From Eledone cirrhosa (taxonomy: Eukaryota): DNA of 64,000 nucleotides. The stretch's first letter is position 1, and every line of letters starts with the position of its first letter. This document shows positions 42,031-57,334 of the stretch, one piece after another. Position numbers and translations under genes: made by a program. The notes below the pieces were generated by a model, which made no database searches, was not told the origin of the DNA, and worked only from the letters and a program-made list of their open reading frames with translations. The stretch spans positions 1,054,001 through 1,118,000 of the forward strand of contig OZ024748.1 of NCBI GenBank assembly GCA_964016885.1, read 5' to 3'.

Positions 42031-44825
42031 GTTTGCCTGTTGCTCCAGTTAGTGGTTCAGCCTCTTTTTCAATTAATACTAAACGCAGTTTTGTTGTTAC
42101 ATGTGTGTGTGGGGGGGGGGGGCTGATTTCTACAGGGTGTGTGTGTGTGTGTGTGTCTGTATTTGTGTGTGTGTCTGTGTGTGTGTGGTGAAGGAGAGAG
42201 AGAGAGAGTCTTTATCTCTATGTGTCAGTGACATGGCCTTCACGGTCTAAGTGTGTAAGTATGTGATTGTGTGTGTATGTGTATGTATGTGATTGTGTGT
42301 ACGTGTATATATATGTATGTGTATATATGTGTGTATGTTTGTATATGTGTGTATATGTGTACGTGTATAGATATGTATGAGTGTATATGTCTGTATGTGA
42401 GTATGTGTATATGTGTATATATATGTATATATGTGAATGTGTAAGTGTGTGTGTGAATGTGTATATATGTGAATGTGTATATATGTGTGTATGTGTGAAT
42501 GTGTATATATGTGTATATTTTTGTGCATATATGTGTGTATGTGTGTATATGTGTATATATGTGTGTATGTGTGTATGTGTGTGTATGTGTGTATATGTGT
42601 ATATATGTGTACGTATATATGTGTATATGTGTGTATGTATATATGTGTACATATGTGTATGTACATATGTGTATATGTGTGTATGTGTATATGTGTATGT
42701 GTATATGTGTATGTGTATATGTGTATATGTGTATGTATATATGTGTATGTGTGTGTATGTATATATGTGTATGTGTGTGTGTATATGTGTATATGTGTAT
42801 GTATATATGTGTAAGTGTATATGTGTATGTGTGTGTATGTATATGTGTGTATGTATATATGTGTATGTGTATATATGTATGTGTGTGTATGTATATATGT
42901 GTATGTGTATATGTGTATGTATATATGTGTGTGTATGTATATATGTATATGTATGTATGTGTATGTGTGCGTATGTCAGTGTGTGTATATGTGTGTGTGT
43001 GTGTCAGTGTGTGTAGCGGTGGTAAGTAGTGAAAAAAAGTTCGTTTCAAGAATCAAAGGATTCCATTCAACAATCGCTTCAGCACACACACATACATACA
43101 CATACATACTTACATACACACGCATACATACACACACATACATACTTACATACACACACATACTTACATACACACATACACACATACTTACATACACACA
43201 CATATTTACATACACACACATACTTACATACACACACATACTTACATACACATACATACTTACATACACACACATACTTACATACACATACATACAGACA
43301 CATACTTACATACACATACATACTTACATACACACACATACTTACATACGCATACATACTTACATACACACAGACACACATACTTACACACTGACACACA
43401 TACTTACATACACACATACTTACACATACATATTTACATACTTACATACACATACACACATACATACTTACATACACATACATACTTACATACACACAGA
43501 CACACATACTTACATACACACACATACTTACATACACACACTTACTTACATACACACACATACTTACATACACATACATACTTACATACACACAGACACA
43601 CATACTTACATACACACACATACTTACATACACACACATACTTACATACACATACATACTTACATACACACAGACACACATACTTACATACACACACATA
43701 CTTACATACACACAGACACACTTACATACACATACATACTTATATACACACACACATACTTACAAACACACACACATACATGCACACACACATACCTACA
43801 CACATACCTACACACATACCTACATACACCTACACACACCTACACATACCTACACATACCTACGCGCACACACACACACACACATACATACATACACAGA
43901 CATAGACACATGCACATACACACAACACATATATAAGCATACATGCGCACAAATATACATATACACACATGCACACACTCTTATACGCGCTCACATACAC
44001 ACATACAGACACACAGAACAACACATCCACACACAAACATACACAGACACACAGACAACATACTTCAGCTTCATCTTTCCTCACTATCTCACCACCACCA
44101 ACACCACCACCATCTCTACCACCACCATCTCCACCGCCCCACCACCACCACCACCACCCAACCACCACCACCCTCTCACCCCTCCTCCCTATCTTTCTGT
44201 CTATCAAGTCAACCGAGCTAAAATTCGAACCAGAGATGCAGAGTTATGAAACTAACCCTTACAATATGTTTCACCAGTAAAACCCCTAACGTAATTCTTG
44301 CTAATCCAATTATAAATGGTTCACCAAACTGGAGACCCCATATTTTACTAATAAATAGCGAAGTTTTTTTTAAGCCCCCAGTTTTTTTGATTTTGTCAAA
44401 ACAGACCTAACCAAATCTACAATTTTATTACTTCCATATGGGGCCATGGACCCTTGATAATTAGATTACAGCGGATGTCGCTTAATGTAATCATGGATAA
44501 TGTTATCACCCTGTTATTGTTCTCAAAATTGATAATGCGACCGACAAACTGTTTATTTGCTTAATGTTATCGGTTGGTAATTATCACTATTTGATGTGAA
44601 AGTGTGTTGTGGCTTAGTGGTTAGGTGTTCGGTTCTGAAATCGTAAGGACCGTCAGTAAGTTCTGAGTTCAGGTTCTGCCTTATATCACGGTAAAAAGTT
44701 ATAGTGTCTGGAATACTGTAACTTTAAAGTACAAAAAAAATCACCTAGGAAATACAACCCCGTTGGAACCCAGCTAAACCTACCTATATCTGAGCTCATA
44801 CGAACGTGTATTATTACAAGACCCA

Positions 44826-45460
44826 AGGGCGGTGTATTGGCAGTATCGGTAGAGGGTCGGACGCCATGTTAGGGCGGTGTATTGGCAGTGTCGGTAGAGG
44901 GTCGGACGCCATGCTTTGACGCATAGAGTTACGGCCCTTGCCATTCTGAGTTCAAATCCCGCCGAGGTTAACTTTGCCTTTCATCCTTACGAGATCGATA
45001 AAATAAAGTACCAGTAATACACTGGATAATTGCTGGACTTGAGCCAAAAGTAGAAACAATTATTACAAGACCCAAGATCCTACCTATGAAATAGAACGCC
45101 GGTGGAACCCAGCTAAGCCTACATAAATACAAGCCCCTACGAAAGCGTATTGTTACAACACCTAAGAAACTACCCCTGGAATACAACCCCGTTGGAACCC
45201 AGCTAAACCTACATAATCTGAACCATAACAAGGGTGTGGATTGGCACTATCGGTAGAGGGTGGGACGCCATGCTTTTCAGCACAGTTACGTCCCTTTACG
45301 GACTGAGATCAAATCCCGCCGAGGTTAACTTTGCCTTTCATCCTTACGGGGTCGATAAAATAAAGTACCAGTAATACACTGGGATAATTGCTGGCCTTGT
45401 GGCAAAAGTAGAAACAATTATTGCAACCCCGTTGGAACCCAGCTAAACCTACATAAATAT
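44826..45460 (+). mobile_element. Two family-A SINEs (one with a duplicated head) interleaved with a local repeat
   Basis: SINEs at ~44826-45062 and 45232-45422; gttggaacccagctaaacctac-like motif four times. Confidence 0.8.
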
Positions 45461-45541
45461 AAGCGCCTACGAGGTATCTATCATTAAAACACCCAGAAAA
45501 CCTCATCTCATGCGATATGAAAACTACTCATACGTGACCCC

Positions 45542-45813
45542 CAAGGGCCTTGTTTTAGGGGGGTACCAGGGGGACAAGTCCCCCTCACTTTATCAAACGT
45601 CTATGTTTTATTTTTTGTTTATTTGATATAATAAATTCTTTTTAAGCTTATTTTTTATACCCAAACTTGAATATATAAAATTTAATTAGCGTAAAATTTT
45701 ACTTATGTGATAGGGTCCGGGAAAGGCTCCATAAGCAATACGAACATGCTCCTTTAAGAATCAACAAATGTTGGTTTGCCCCCCTCACATTTTTAAGGCA
45801 AACGTGGCCCCTG
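45542..45813. mobile_element. Possible hAT-type MITE
   Basis: Ends caagggcc...ggcccctg with G- and C-rich subterminal tracts. Confidence 0.4.
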
Positions 45814-46159
45814 ATGTTCCCTATCAGGATTTAGTGTAAGTCTTAATGGGAATCTTCCCCGAATATTTATCATATTTGCTCATATGGGTCTACTCAATAT
45901 AAGAAATATTTCGTTGTATTTATCCAAGAGCCGTCGTCCCTAAGGGATGGCATTGTATATTGTTTTAATAACATCATGTAAGATAGGAAGGCTGGTAATA
46001 TATATATTGACGATATTTTTGGTCAACTACAGATTGGTATGTGAAATGACTTCTACAGACATGTCACAGAGACGACCACATGTTCGGTTACACATGCAGA
46101 CATACACATACGCAGACACACACATATGTGTATATATATATTATATATATATATATACA

Positions 46160-46216
<57 letters not shown>

Positions 46217-46409
46217 TCATATATATATATATATATATATATAAACATATATATGCTTATATACAGCGATATATATGTTTATAAATATAAATTTATAAAT
46301 AAAGATTATATATATAAAGAAAAAAAGATGAAATCGAAAATGCAACTGGAGTCTTATTTCACTCGTGTAGGACACCTCGGTTGTTTTTGATTTTGTAAAA
46401 AATCCTCAC

Positions 46410-46460
<51 letters not shown>

Positions 46461-46501
46461 CGAAACATAAGACAATTGCATGAACTCATAATCCTTTATT
46501 T

Positions 46502-46557
46502 ACTGCTCTATATATTTCGATGATAGCCATCGAATGGCTATGACCTCATCAGGCAGT
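46502..46557 (-). ncRNA. Canonical-core minimal hammerhead between two (TA)n tracts
   Basis: actgc-CTGATGA-..atagccat tcg atggctat..-GAAA-TATA-TA-ga-gcagt, then AATAAA. Confidence 0.75.
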
Positions 46558-46620
46558 TAGTCAGTTCTTAGATATGCCAGCTCTGTGTTTATAGTGTTGA
46601 TGGTATCAGAGCCTTGGGAC

Positions 46621-46686
<66 letters not shown>

Positions 46687-46693
46687 TATATAC

Positions 46694-46758
<65 letters not shown>

Positions 46759-47175
46759 TGTGGTGGTGTTGGAGGTGGTGATTATATTGGAGGTTGTGCT
46801 AATAGTGTTGTTGTTGATGTAGGTGGTAGTGATGGTAGTGGTGGCGGTAGTGATTGCGGTGGGGGTGGTGATGGTGGTGAGGGGGCGGCGGCGATGGTGA
46901 GGTTGGGGGGAAGGTGGATTGTTACTGAGCGTGAGAGAAGCGAGTGACCGGAAAGAGAGCAGAAACAGCTGATCAGAAGAATTTCCGTATGTAACTATGT
47001 CTATGTATGTGTGTGTATGCGTGTATGTGTGTGTGTTTGTATGTGTATGTGTGTAGGTGTGTGTGTGTATCTACGCACATACACACACACAGAATGCTTG
47101 CGTATGTGTCCGTCTTTATATGGATGTATGTATGTAAATATATATATATACACATATACATATATACATACATAC

Positions 47176-47211
<36 letters not shown>

Positions 47212-47290
47212 CACCACCCCACTCTCAAGAGCGTGAAACTAATAAACCTTTGTTCGTACTGCCTCTCTGTTTTGTTCCCGTTCAATTTTT

Positions 47291-47361
<71 letters not shown>

Positions 47362-47425
47362 CATATATATACATATACATACATAGATACATACATATAT
47401 ATATATATACAGTATATATATATAT

Positions 47426-47469
<44 letters not shown>

Positions 47470-47519
47470 GGGGGAGTGTGAAAAGCAGATGTATATGTAA
47501 ATAGATCTATACACACACA

Positions 47520-47637
<118 letters not shown>

Positions 47638-49117
47638 TATGTGTATGTATATATATGTGTGTGTTTGTGTATTTATATATATATATATACCACACGCTCA
47701 CGCACATATACACATATACTCACACACCTGTACGCATGCAATCATACGCAATCCTCCCCACATATTTTATACATACATATATATATATACATGGTGGCTG
47801 CCAACTGAGGGACGAGCTGCTAGGAAGGGCAGCTCAAAACCACTCAGAGAGGTGTGCTCAACCAAACAGAGAGAGAGGAAAGACTGTTATAAGGAGCGAA
47901 ATATCACGATAAATTAACGGAGCCATAGACTCTCGCTATTCCCTGTTAATAATGTGCTCAAAGGAGGAGAAATCCTGAGCTCTTTAAAATACAATATGTT
48001 GAAAAGGTAACACACTAGAGAGAGATACAGTGCGCTATCAATAAAACAGGGAAAAACCATAGGTTATAGATTCCATGGTGGTTTTTCCCTGTTTTATTGA
48101 TAGCGCACTGTATCTCTCTCTCTATTTTAAGCGATTGTGATACGAAAATAGAGATTATAAGAGAAAGAAATAAACGGAGAAAAAAAAAACTGAGAGATAG
48201 AAAGGGAGGTGGGGAGAGAGACGGTGAGAGAGAGAGAGGGGGGAGTTAGAGAGAGAGATGGGGGTGGGTGAAAATTGAAAGCATGAACGATAATGTCGTT
48301 TAAGTTGCCCTTTTTTAATCCGTAAAATATCTGAAACACACGACAGATATCTTAGAAAACAAAGTATCCTTTTATCAGGCATTTAGGAAACGGAAGTAGT
48401 TTTCAACGCCGCGTCTTCGTGAGGCGAGTTTTACTGTAAATAGCCTTCTTCACATATCTGACGATCAATTTAGTGAGGCGTTCAACATTTCACTCTTTGC
48501 AGACGACACAAAATGGTCGCCCCCTACAATACAGAAACAATATTTACAGATTACAGTGTTTATGCTTCGCTTAAGAATTGGATAAAAAATTTCTTTTGTT
48601 GACATTGCTCGTTCTTTTTCTTTTTCTTTTTTCTCTGCCTTTCTCTCGTTCTTCTTCTTCTTCTTCTTCTTCTTCTTCTTCTTCTTCTTCTTCTTCTTCT
48701 TCTTCCTCCTTCTTCTCCCCCCTCCTCCTCTTCTGTAGCTTACTTTAAATGTAAGATGTTGTATGAAGAAGAAACAGAAGATCTGTTTTTGTTTGGTTCT
48801 TGACTTAAAGGTAGATAAGAGCTTGACTTGGCTGCCATCTCTAGGAGGGACACGAAACGGAGCAATGTATGTATATATATATATATATATATAAAAGTTT
48901 CTCGTAACAACATATCGATCACAGGTTAGTGAATAAAAATATATATATACATATATATATATATATTTATCTGTGTGTTTAAATATACATATAAATACAT
49001 ACACACCAACCTATATATATACACATCTAGTATGAATATATATATACTGTATATAAAAATATGTATGTACGTATTTATATATACATATACATACACATAT
49101 GTATATGTGTATGTATA

Positions 49118-49169
<52 letters not shown>

Positions 49170-49624
49170 TGTTAGTTCCGAGTATCGGAAAAAAATTCTG
49201 ATAGATAATTTTTTCAAACTCAATGTTTTTTTTTCATTTTTTGTCTTAGAAATAAAAGTTTCTCGTAACAACATATCGATCACAGGTTAGTGAATAAAAA
49301 TACAAAGGTGAGCTGAATGGTAAAAATGGAAAGATCCTAGATTGGAAAATGAGCGCATGCGCAATAAGGACAAGGTATTCGTCTGCTGATGATCTGTCAA
49401 ATATCGGTGAAACATATAAAGGCAATCTTTTCAGGAAAGAATAAGAAAATGTTTTTAAGTTTGTTTCTGTGTTTACAGTAACTATAGTCTACACACACTA
49501 CCACAGTCTTTTATAGACAATCCCCAAGTCTAATTTTAATTTTTCATTTTTCTATTTCTTATTCTTTTTCCCTATCTTCCATGATAAGTATGGGTTCTAC
49601 GTAACCCTATTATGTAATTATGGC

Positions 49625-49705
49625 GAAGTTACCTGATGAGATCGTCCCGTCTTGCATCATAATTCGATGATGGAACTGGGCCATTGAAATATGTATAATG
49701 ATTTC
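49625..49705 (+). ncRNA. Hammerhead motif
   Basis: CTGATGA at 49633, ccc/ggg and catcat/atgatg stem II, GAAA at 49686, TATGTA. Confidence 0.6.
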
Positions 49706-49756
49706 ACAGAATTAAAATTACAGCATATCTTCCAGTCCAGCCTTCTGTTGTCGTTT

Positions 49757-49906
<150 letters not shown>

Positions 49907-50417
49907 TGTGTGTTTGTGCGTGTGTGTGTGTTTGTATGTGTATATATATATATATATATACATATAAAGAGAAAGAGAGGGAGAGATAGAGAGAGACAAA
50001 CAGACAGACAGACAGAGACAGAGAGAGAGAGGAAGAGAGAGAGAGGGGGCAAAGAGAGAGAGACAGACAGACAGAGAGAAAAGAAAATGTCTTTATGATG
50101 GTGAAACTCAAGGCTGGCAAGCTGGTTTTTATCTCTATCAATAAAACAACATTTTGCACATCCACATAAAAGATACACGTTAAACCAATACAACAGCTGA
50201 ATATTGACTTGTTCTTAACTTCATTCTTTAGAACATAACATAGAAATATAAAAATGTTACTCTACTATCACATGCTACAATAACTATATTAAACCTTCAC
50301 ATTGTTTTATTGAGAAGTGACACTACTATAATCCCACTTCTGTTTCATTTAGTGAAAATATCTCTTAATTTTAACGATTTCTTCACCGATTGAAACAGAA
50401 CTAATACTGCAAAAAGT

Positions 50418-50471
<54 letters not shown>

Positions 50472-50693
50472 CATACATACATATATATAGGAAAAGAGTG
50501 AGAACCCTGACGGCTGATTCCGGCCGTTTCGACAGCTAGATCCGAGTTCGGATCTAGCTGTCGAAATGGCCGGAATCAGCCGTCGGCGTCCTGACTCTTT
50601 TCCTATTACCCATTCTACTACCTTAAGTATTGAGTACTCTGGTGCGTTATGATCCACCTGGTATCTTACCACACCTTATTTTTTATATATATA

Positions 50694-50765
<72 letters not shown>

Positions 50766-50766
<1 letters not shown>

Positions 50767-52083
50767 GGGGTGTGTCAGAAAAGTTCCAGGACTGATGTCA
50801 CAAAAGATTTATTTCAAACCCAAACTTCACACTAAGAGTTTTCTCCTTCAAAGTAATCCTCCTGGAGTATGTAACTGTAATATTAGCTCTCTGCAGCGAT
50901 CAAAATTTTTTCTTCATAATTTTATATATATGTCCTCTGTTTCAGGTCGTCAAGCAATGAGCACAGGACCACACCACGAACAAACTTGAAGTTTCTGGTA
51001 CGGTTGGGGAAAACTCCGTCAGAAGCACTGGGATTGCTGCAGCAAGTGTATGGAGATGAGACGATGTCACGCTCACGTGTTTTTGCGTGGTGCAAGAGGT
51101 TTAAAGAAGGACGCGAGGAGGTGGAAGATGACCCCAGGAGCGGAAGGCCCTCAACAATCAGGACTGAGGTCAACGTTGAGCGCGTCAGGCAGATGGTGCG
51201 TAGCGATCGTCGGCTGACTGTTCGACTGATGGCAAATGAGCTGGACATGAATCGGGACAGCGTCTGGAAGATACTCACTGAAGATTTGGACATGCGGAAA
51301 GTCTGCGTGAAGATGGTGCCAAAACTGCTGAACGATGACGAGAAGGGTCGACGCATGCAAGTGTGCCAGGACATCCTCGAGCGTCTTGAAACCGAACCAG
51401 ACTTGCTAAGGACAGTCATCACCGGTGATGAGTCATGGATCTTCGAGTACGACCCGGAAACCAAACGCCAGAGCCTTCAGTGGAAGAGTCCGTCGTCGCC
51501 AAGGCCGAAGAAAGCACGACAGTCGAAGTCCAAAGTCAAGGTCATGTTGATCACATTCTTCGATGTGAGGGGGGTGGTTCACTGCGAGTTCTTGCCACAG
51601 GGCCAGACGATCAACCAACATGTCTACAAAGAGATACTGCAGCGTTTGCTTCATTCAGTGCGTGAGAAGAGGCGAGAGTTGTGGCGGGACAACTCGTGGC
51701 TGCTTCACCATGACAACGCGCCTGCTCACAATGCCCTGAGCATCCGACAGTTCCTGGCCGAGAAGAACATCGTCGTGCTGGAGCAACCTCCCTACTCCCC
51801 CGACCTGGCTCCGTGTGATTTTTTCCTATTCCCCAAGCTCAAGGGGGTCATCAAGGGGACCCGTTTTGAAGACGTGGACGACATCAAAAAGGCCGTGACG
51901 ACGGAACTGCGAAGGATCCCGGAAGAATCCTTCCAGGAGTGCATGCAAGCGTGGCAGAAAAGGATGGAAAAGTGCATTAGACTCCAGGGGGATTACTTTG
52001 AAGGAGAAAACTATTATTGTGAAGTTTGGGTTTGAAATTATTTTTTTGTGAAATCAGTCCTGGAACTTTTCTTACACACCTCG
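50766..52083 (+). mobile_element. Full-length mariner transposon (1318 bp), ~65-bp imperfect TIRs, TA target
   Basis: cggggtgtgtcagaaaagttccaggactgat... and ...atcagtcctggaacttttcttacacacctcg, inside (TA)n. Confidence 0.95.
50957..52035 (+). CDS. Mariner DD34D transposase, probably with a 1-bp frameshift near the start
   Basis: [14 protein letters not shown] and YSPDLAPCD motifs (34-residue spacing); the ATG at 50957 is 29 nt upstream of the long frame's TTG at 50986. Confidence 0.9.
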
Positions 52084-52118
52084 TATGTATATATACATAT
52101 GTATATATATATATATAC

Positions 52119-52208
<90 letters not shown>

Positions 52209-52520
52209 GTTTACATATATATATATATAAAGTCATAGATATATATGTGTTTTGCAACGGGTCACTTTGTGGCTCAATGAAGAATTAATAAATTTAATAA
52301 TCAGAGCTATATATCATAAAACATGTCTATAGAATCACCAGATAAAATATATACCGTTTCCTCTCCCAATTAGCATAATTAACCATATAAAAAATCAATT
52401 AGATCAAGCTATAAGAATAAAGGCTCCTATGAAGAAAACTCCGACAAATAACCGAAAGCAGCCCCTTCACGGCGGTTACCACGGAGTATTTATCGAATAT
52501 TTCGACAGCATGTATAAATC

Positions 52521-52665
52521 GACCAAATATACAGTCAACTAAACAGAATTAGGTGTAAAATAAACTAGAAGAAAAGTGTACATATTTAAATATGTACACT
52601 TTTCTTCTAGTTTATTTTACACCTAATTCTGTTTAGTTGACTGTATATCTGGTCGATTTATACAT
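52521..52665. repeat. Near-perfect ~145-bp palindrome
   Basis: Centre gtacatattt/aaatatgtac. Confidence 0.9.
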
Positions 52666-52738
52666 TTATATATATATATATACATATACATAAACACACA
52701 CACATATATATACATATATATATACATATATATATATC

Positions 52739-52832
<94 letters not shown>

Positions 52833-52848
52833 GTGTGTGTGTGTGTGT

Positions 52849-52900
<52 letters not shown>

Positions 52901-53267
52901 GCGTGTGTGAGTGTGTGTGTGTGTGTGTATATATATACATACAGAAGATGGACGACATCAGCACTAAAAGAATCTGGGAACCACCAACACATCAAACACA
53001 CTTTGATTCCCCAGAAAGTCAACAACGACACATGCACCACCTGGTGTCAGCTAATGAAACTTGTTTATCGTTGTTACCCCGGGTATTTGGTGGTAGGTAG
53101 GAGGTAGATGTGGTGGGGGTGAGGGTGGGTATTGTTTGTAATAAGTCTGTCTGGGGATATGGAAAATAGGGAAAGAGAGAATATGAGAAAGAAGGTGCGA
53201 GAAGGGGGGGAGTGAGTGAGGGAGAGAGCGGGAGGGAGAGAGAGAGAGAGAGATGGATAGATAGATA

Positions 53268-53954
53268 GATTTCTTTATTAGCCACAAGGGCGCAACAAGA
53301 AAGGGGACAATACAAAGACATGCCGGGGATTTTACATACAGTCGTGTAAAAAATATAAAAACAAACAATTTCAACAATCGAAATCCCCAATAGGGGGGAG
53401 GCGCCACAAATGGGTTGTTTAATACCCCGTCGATAGAACAACCCTCAACTCAAGGAGCGTGTTGTGCAAGTGCTCCTTTCTTCCTTTTGCTCTCTTCCTC
53501 AACCTACAGGCTTATAAACAGAGAAGGCCCAATCACTCGGGCCATTTTCGCTTCATTCACCCACCTTTCAGTAAATTTACTGGGGTGCAGTGCCTCTCTC
53601 TCCACCCTGATTCTCCTTCTAAAGTGATACTTAAAGAATGGAATCAATTGTTGTCCGGAGAGAAAGGCATCTGTCCTCAGTCCTCTCAACCTCGTCCACC
53701 ATATAACTTCTTTCACCATAGCCACCGTACAGAGGAAAACCGCCTCTCTTTCGTTTTTGAAAGAGTCTGGCGGTTTGATCCTTACTATGGACTCGGCAGT
53801 CAACTGTATTTGTCCCATATGCGACAGCAGTTGTTCTGCATAGTTCCACAGGTCGCTTACGCCCGGGCAGTGTACAATTGCGTGCAGAACTGTTTCAATG
53901 TCCTGCGCACCTCTCTCTCCATCCTGACTCTTCTTCCAAAGTGGTATTTGAAAA

Positions 53955-53988
<34 letters not shown>

Positions 53989-54418
53989 TTCTTTATTAGC
54001 CACAGGGGCACAAAAGAAGGGGACAGATAGATAGATAGATAGATATATTTCTTTATTAGCCACAGGGGCACAAAAGAAGGGGACAAATACAAAGGGGGAA
54101 GTTTACATACAATAAAAACGTGTAAAATGTTATCACAGATGGAATTTAAAAGTTAGTCGATTTTCCCCAATAGAGGGAGACAGTTTATATGGGTAACACA
54201 GACCCCCGAAAAAAATGTGCAACCCTCATCTCCAGGAGTACGAAGAGCTTGTACTCCTTTCCTCTCCTCCTCCTTTTCCTCAACCTACAGGCTGATATAG
54301 AGAGAAGGCCCATTCACTCGGGCCATTCTCGCCACTTTCACCCACCTTTCATAAAACTTGCTGGGGTACAGCACCTCTCTCTCCATCCTGACTCTTCTTC
54401 CAAAGTGGTATTTGAAAA

Positions 54419-54449
<31 letters not shown>

Positions 54450-54488
54450 TATTTCTTTATTAGCCACAGGGGCACAAAAGAAGGGGAC

Positions 54489-54490
<2 letters not shown>
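53268..54490 (-). mobile_element. Stack of Tx1 3' fragments in (GATA)n: ~53268-53906, 53907-53958, 53988-54025, 54047-54421, 54451-54489
   Basis: Homologous to 29300-30348; the pieces are separated by (GATA)n. Confidence 0.88.
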
Positions 54491-54568
<78 letters not shown>

Positions 54569-54638
54569 GGGTGGAATGAGAAAGAGGCGCATATGGATCC
54601 TTTGAGATAGGATGGGTAGACTGCGAGAGAGAGAGAGG

Positions 54639-54711
<73 letters not shown>

Positions 54712-54815
54712 AGAGAGAGAGGGGGACAATGTTGTAATATTCTCTTGTGATACTGCAATGGTGTGACATTTTTTAACACTATTTGATTGAAGAACGAAGC
54801 CCAGATGTGTTTCGC

Positions 54816-54869
<54 letters not shown>

Positions 54870-55379
54870 GTGTTGCTGCTGCTGCTACCAGCAGCACCAC
54901 CACCAACAGCACCAACAGCACCAACAGCACCAACAACAACCACCACCACCAATAACAACAACCACCACCACCACCACCACCAATAACAACAACCACACCA
55001 ACAACAACAACAACAACCATCACCAACAGCAACAACACCAACAACACCAACAACAACCACCACCAATAACAACAACAACACCAATGACGCTAACAAAACC
55101 ATCATAAATACAACCACCACCAACACCAACACCAACACCACCACCAACAACAACAACAGCACCAACACCAACAACACCGACACCACCACCAACAACAACA
55201 ACAACACCACCACCACCACCACCAACTTTACCACTACCACCACCACCAACAACAACAACAACAACAACAACAAAAACAGCACCAACACCAACAACACCAC
55301 CACCACCAACTCTACCACCACTACCAACAACAACAACAACAACAGCACCAACACCAACAACACCACCACCACCAACTCT

Positions 55380-55410
<31 letters not shown>

Positions 55411-55535
55411 GCACCAACACCAACAACACCACCACCACCAACAACAACAACAACAACAGCACCAACACCAACATCTTCCAACGCCCAGAGAAAGAAAGAG
55501 GAGATAACAAGAAGAAAAGAAAGAAAGAAAAGTGC

Positions 55536-55575
<40 letters not shown>

Positions 55576-55819
55576 AAAAGAAAATAGGTAAAAATTGATT
55601 TTGTTGCTATTTTTTGTGTTAGCCAATATTATTATCAAGTGATAATCTAATTAGCGTAATTATATTTTGATTGGAAAGTTGTTGTAATAGGAAGATGTAG
55701 GTGTAAAGTAGTGGGGGGGGGGTAAGAGGAGGAGGGGTGGAGGAGGAGGAGGGGGGGAGGAGGATGAGAAGAAGAAGAAGAAGAAGAAGAAGAAGAAGAA
55801 GAAGAAGAAGAAGAAGAAG

Positions 55820-55863
<44 letters not shown>

Positions 55864-56129
55864 GAACAACAACAACAACAAGACCAGCAACAACAACAAG
55901 AACAAGTAAAGCAACAACAACAACAACAACACGACCTGCAGAAGCAACAGAAAACTCCCAATTTATTCGCTGTCGTCTGCTTCGCTGTGAAAGCCACGTA
56001 AACTAACTGGCCACCATTTTACTTAGCAATGGAAGTAGCAGTAGTTATAATGTGAAGACAATTGAATTACAAGATATGTAGGAAATGTTTTACACCATGT
56101 AGAATTAAGAATATATACTAACTGGCAAC

Positions 56130-56445
56130 CATCTTAGTTAGAAATGACAGTAGTAACAACCATTAACTTGCCACCATCTTAACAATCAAAGTAGTAACAT
56201 CCACTAACAGACAACCACCTTACTTAGCAATCAAAATATTAACATCCACTAACAAGCAACCACCTTACTTAGCAATCAAAGTAGTAACAACCATTAATTT
56301 GTCACCACCTTATTTAGCAATCAAAGTCGTAACAACCATTAACTTGCCACCATCTTACTTAGCAATCAAAGTAGTAACATCCACTAACAGGCTAGCACCT
56401 TACTTAGCAACCAAAGTCGTAACATCCACTAACCGGCCACCACCT
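56130..56445. repeat. ~45-bp tandem repeat
   Basis: ccaccttacttagcaatcaaagtagtaacatccactaac recurs about 6 times. Confidence 0.8.
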
Positions 56446-56982
56446 TCCTTCAGACCTGTTAACTCACTCCGTCCGATGGGGAGCTCTCCAACCCACTTTG
56501 GGGTGGGTGAGAGATGTTTTTTCTTGTGAAAATTGGTATAACTTTCATTATGTAAAATCTCCCCATTTTGCCTCATTTCTCCCTGTTTGGAGGCACTTTG
56601 TTTCACCGTACTCCCCGTTTGGGATTTTAGAGGTTGGCAAGTCTGTTACTTAGCAATGACAGTACTAACAGCTACTAACAGACCATCATCTTAACAATAA
56701 CAGTAGCAACATCCATTATAACTTGGTCAACTAGTTGTGTTACAAGACATCTGGTCAACAAATTAATATCTCGTCATGTGATCATCTGGTCCACTATAGC
56801 TGGTCAAATGGTTGTGTTGACTGGTAAAATACATCTTATATAACGTCTGCCACAGTATACAAGATATAGTTGAGATTTAGATAGATAGATAGATAGACAA
56901 AAAGAGAGAGAGAGGATGTATGAACATGTGCATATGTCAGTAAGTATATCTGTGCTTGTGAGAGTTTTTATTTCTCATTCTT

Positions 56983-57020
56983 TCTTCTGATGAAGGACTA
57001 GCGTCCGAAACGTTAAGACC
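56983..57020 (+). ncRNA. Canonical minimal hammerhead
   Basis: CTGATGA-a-GGAC tagc GTCC-GAAA-CG-TTA-aga; followed by (TA)n. Confidence 0.78.
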
Positions 57021-57084
57021 CTCTTCCTGCTATTTCAAGTGTTAACCATATATATACATATATATATATATACGTATGTATGTA

Positions 57085-57173
<89 letters not shown>

Positions 57174-57174
57174 G

Positions 57175-57259
<85 letters not shown>

Positions 57260-57260
57260 G

Positions 57261-57329
<69 letters not shown>

Positions 57330-57334
<5 letters not shown>

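Noticed and set aside
48448-48520. ISLFADDTK reverse-transcriptase-like motif
   Set aside because: Too short, and the flanks do not convincingly extend.
56130-56445. CRISPR-like periodicity here and at 44750-45460
   Set aside because: Eukaryotic tandem repeats without unique spacers or cas genes.
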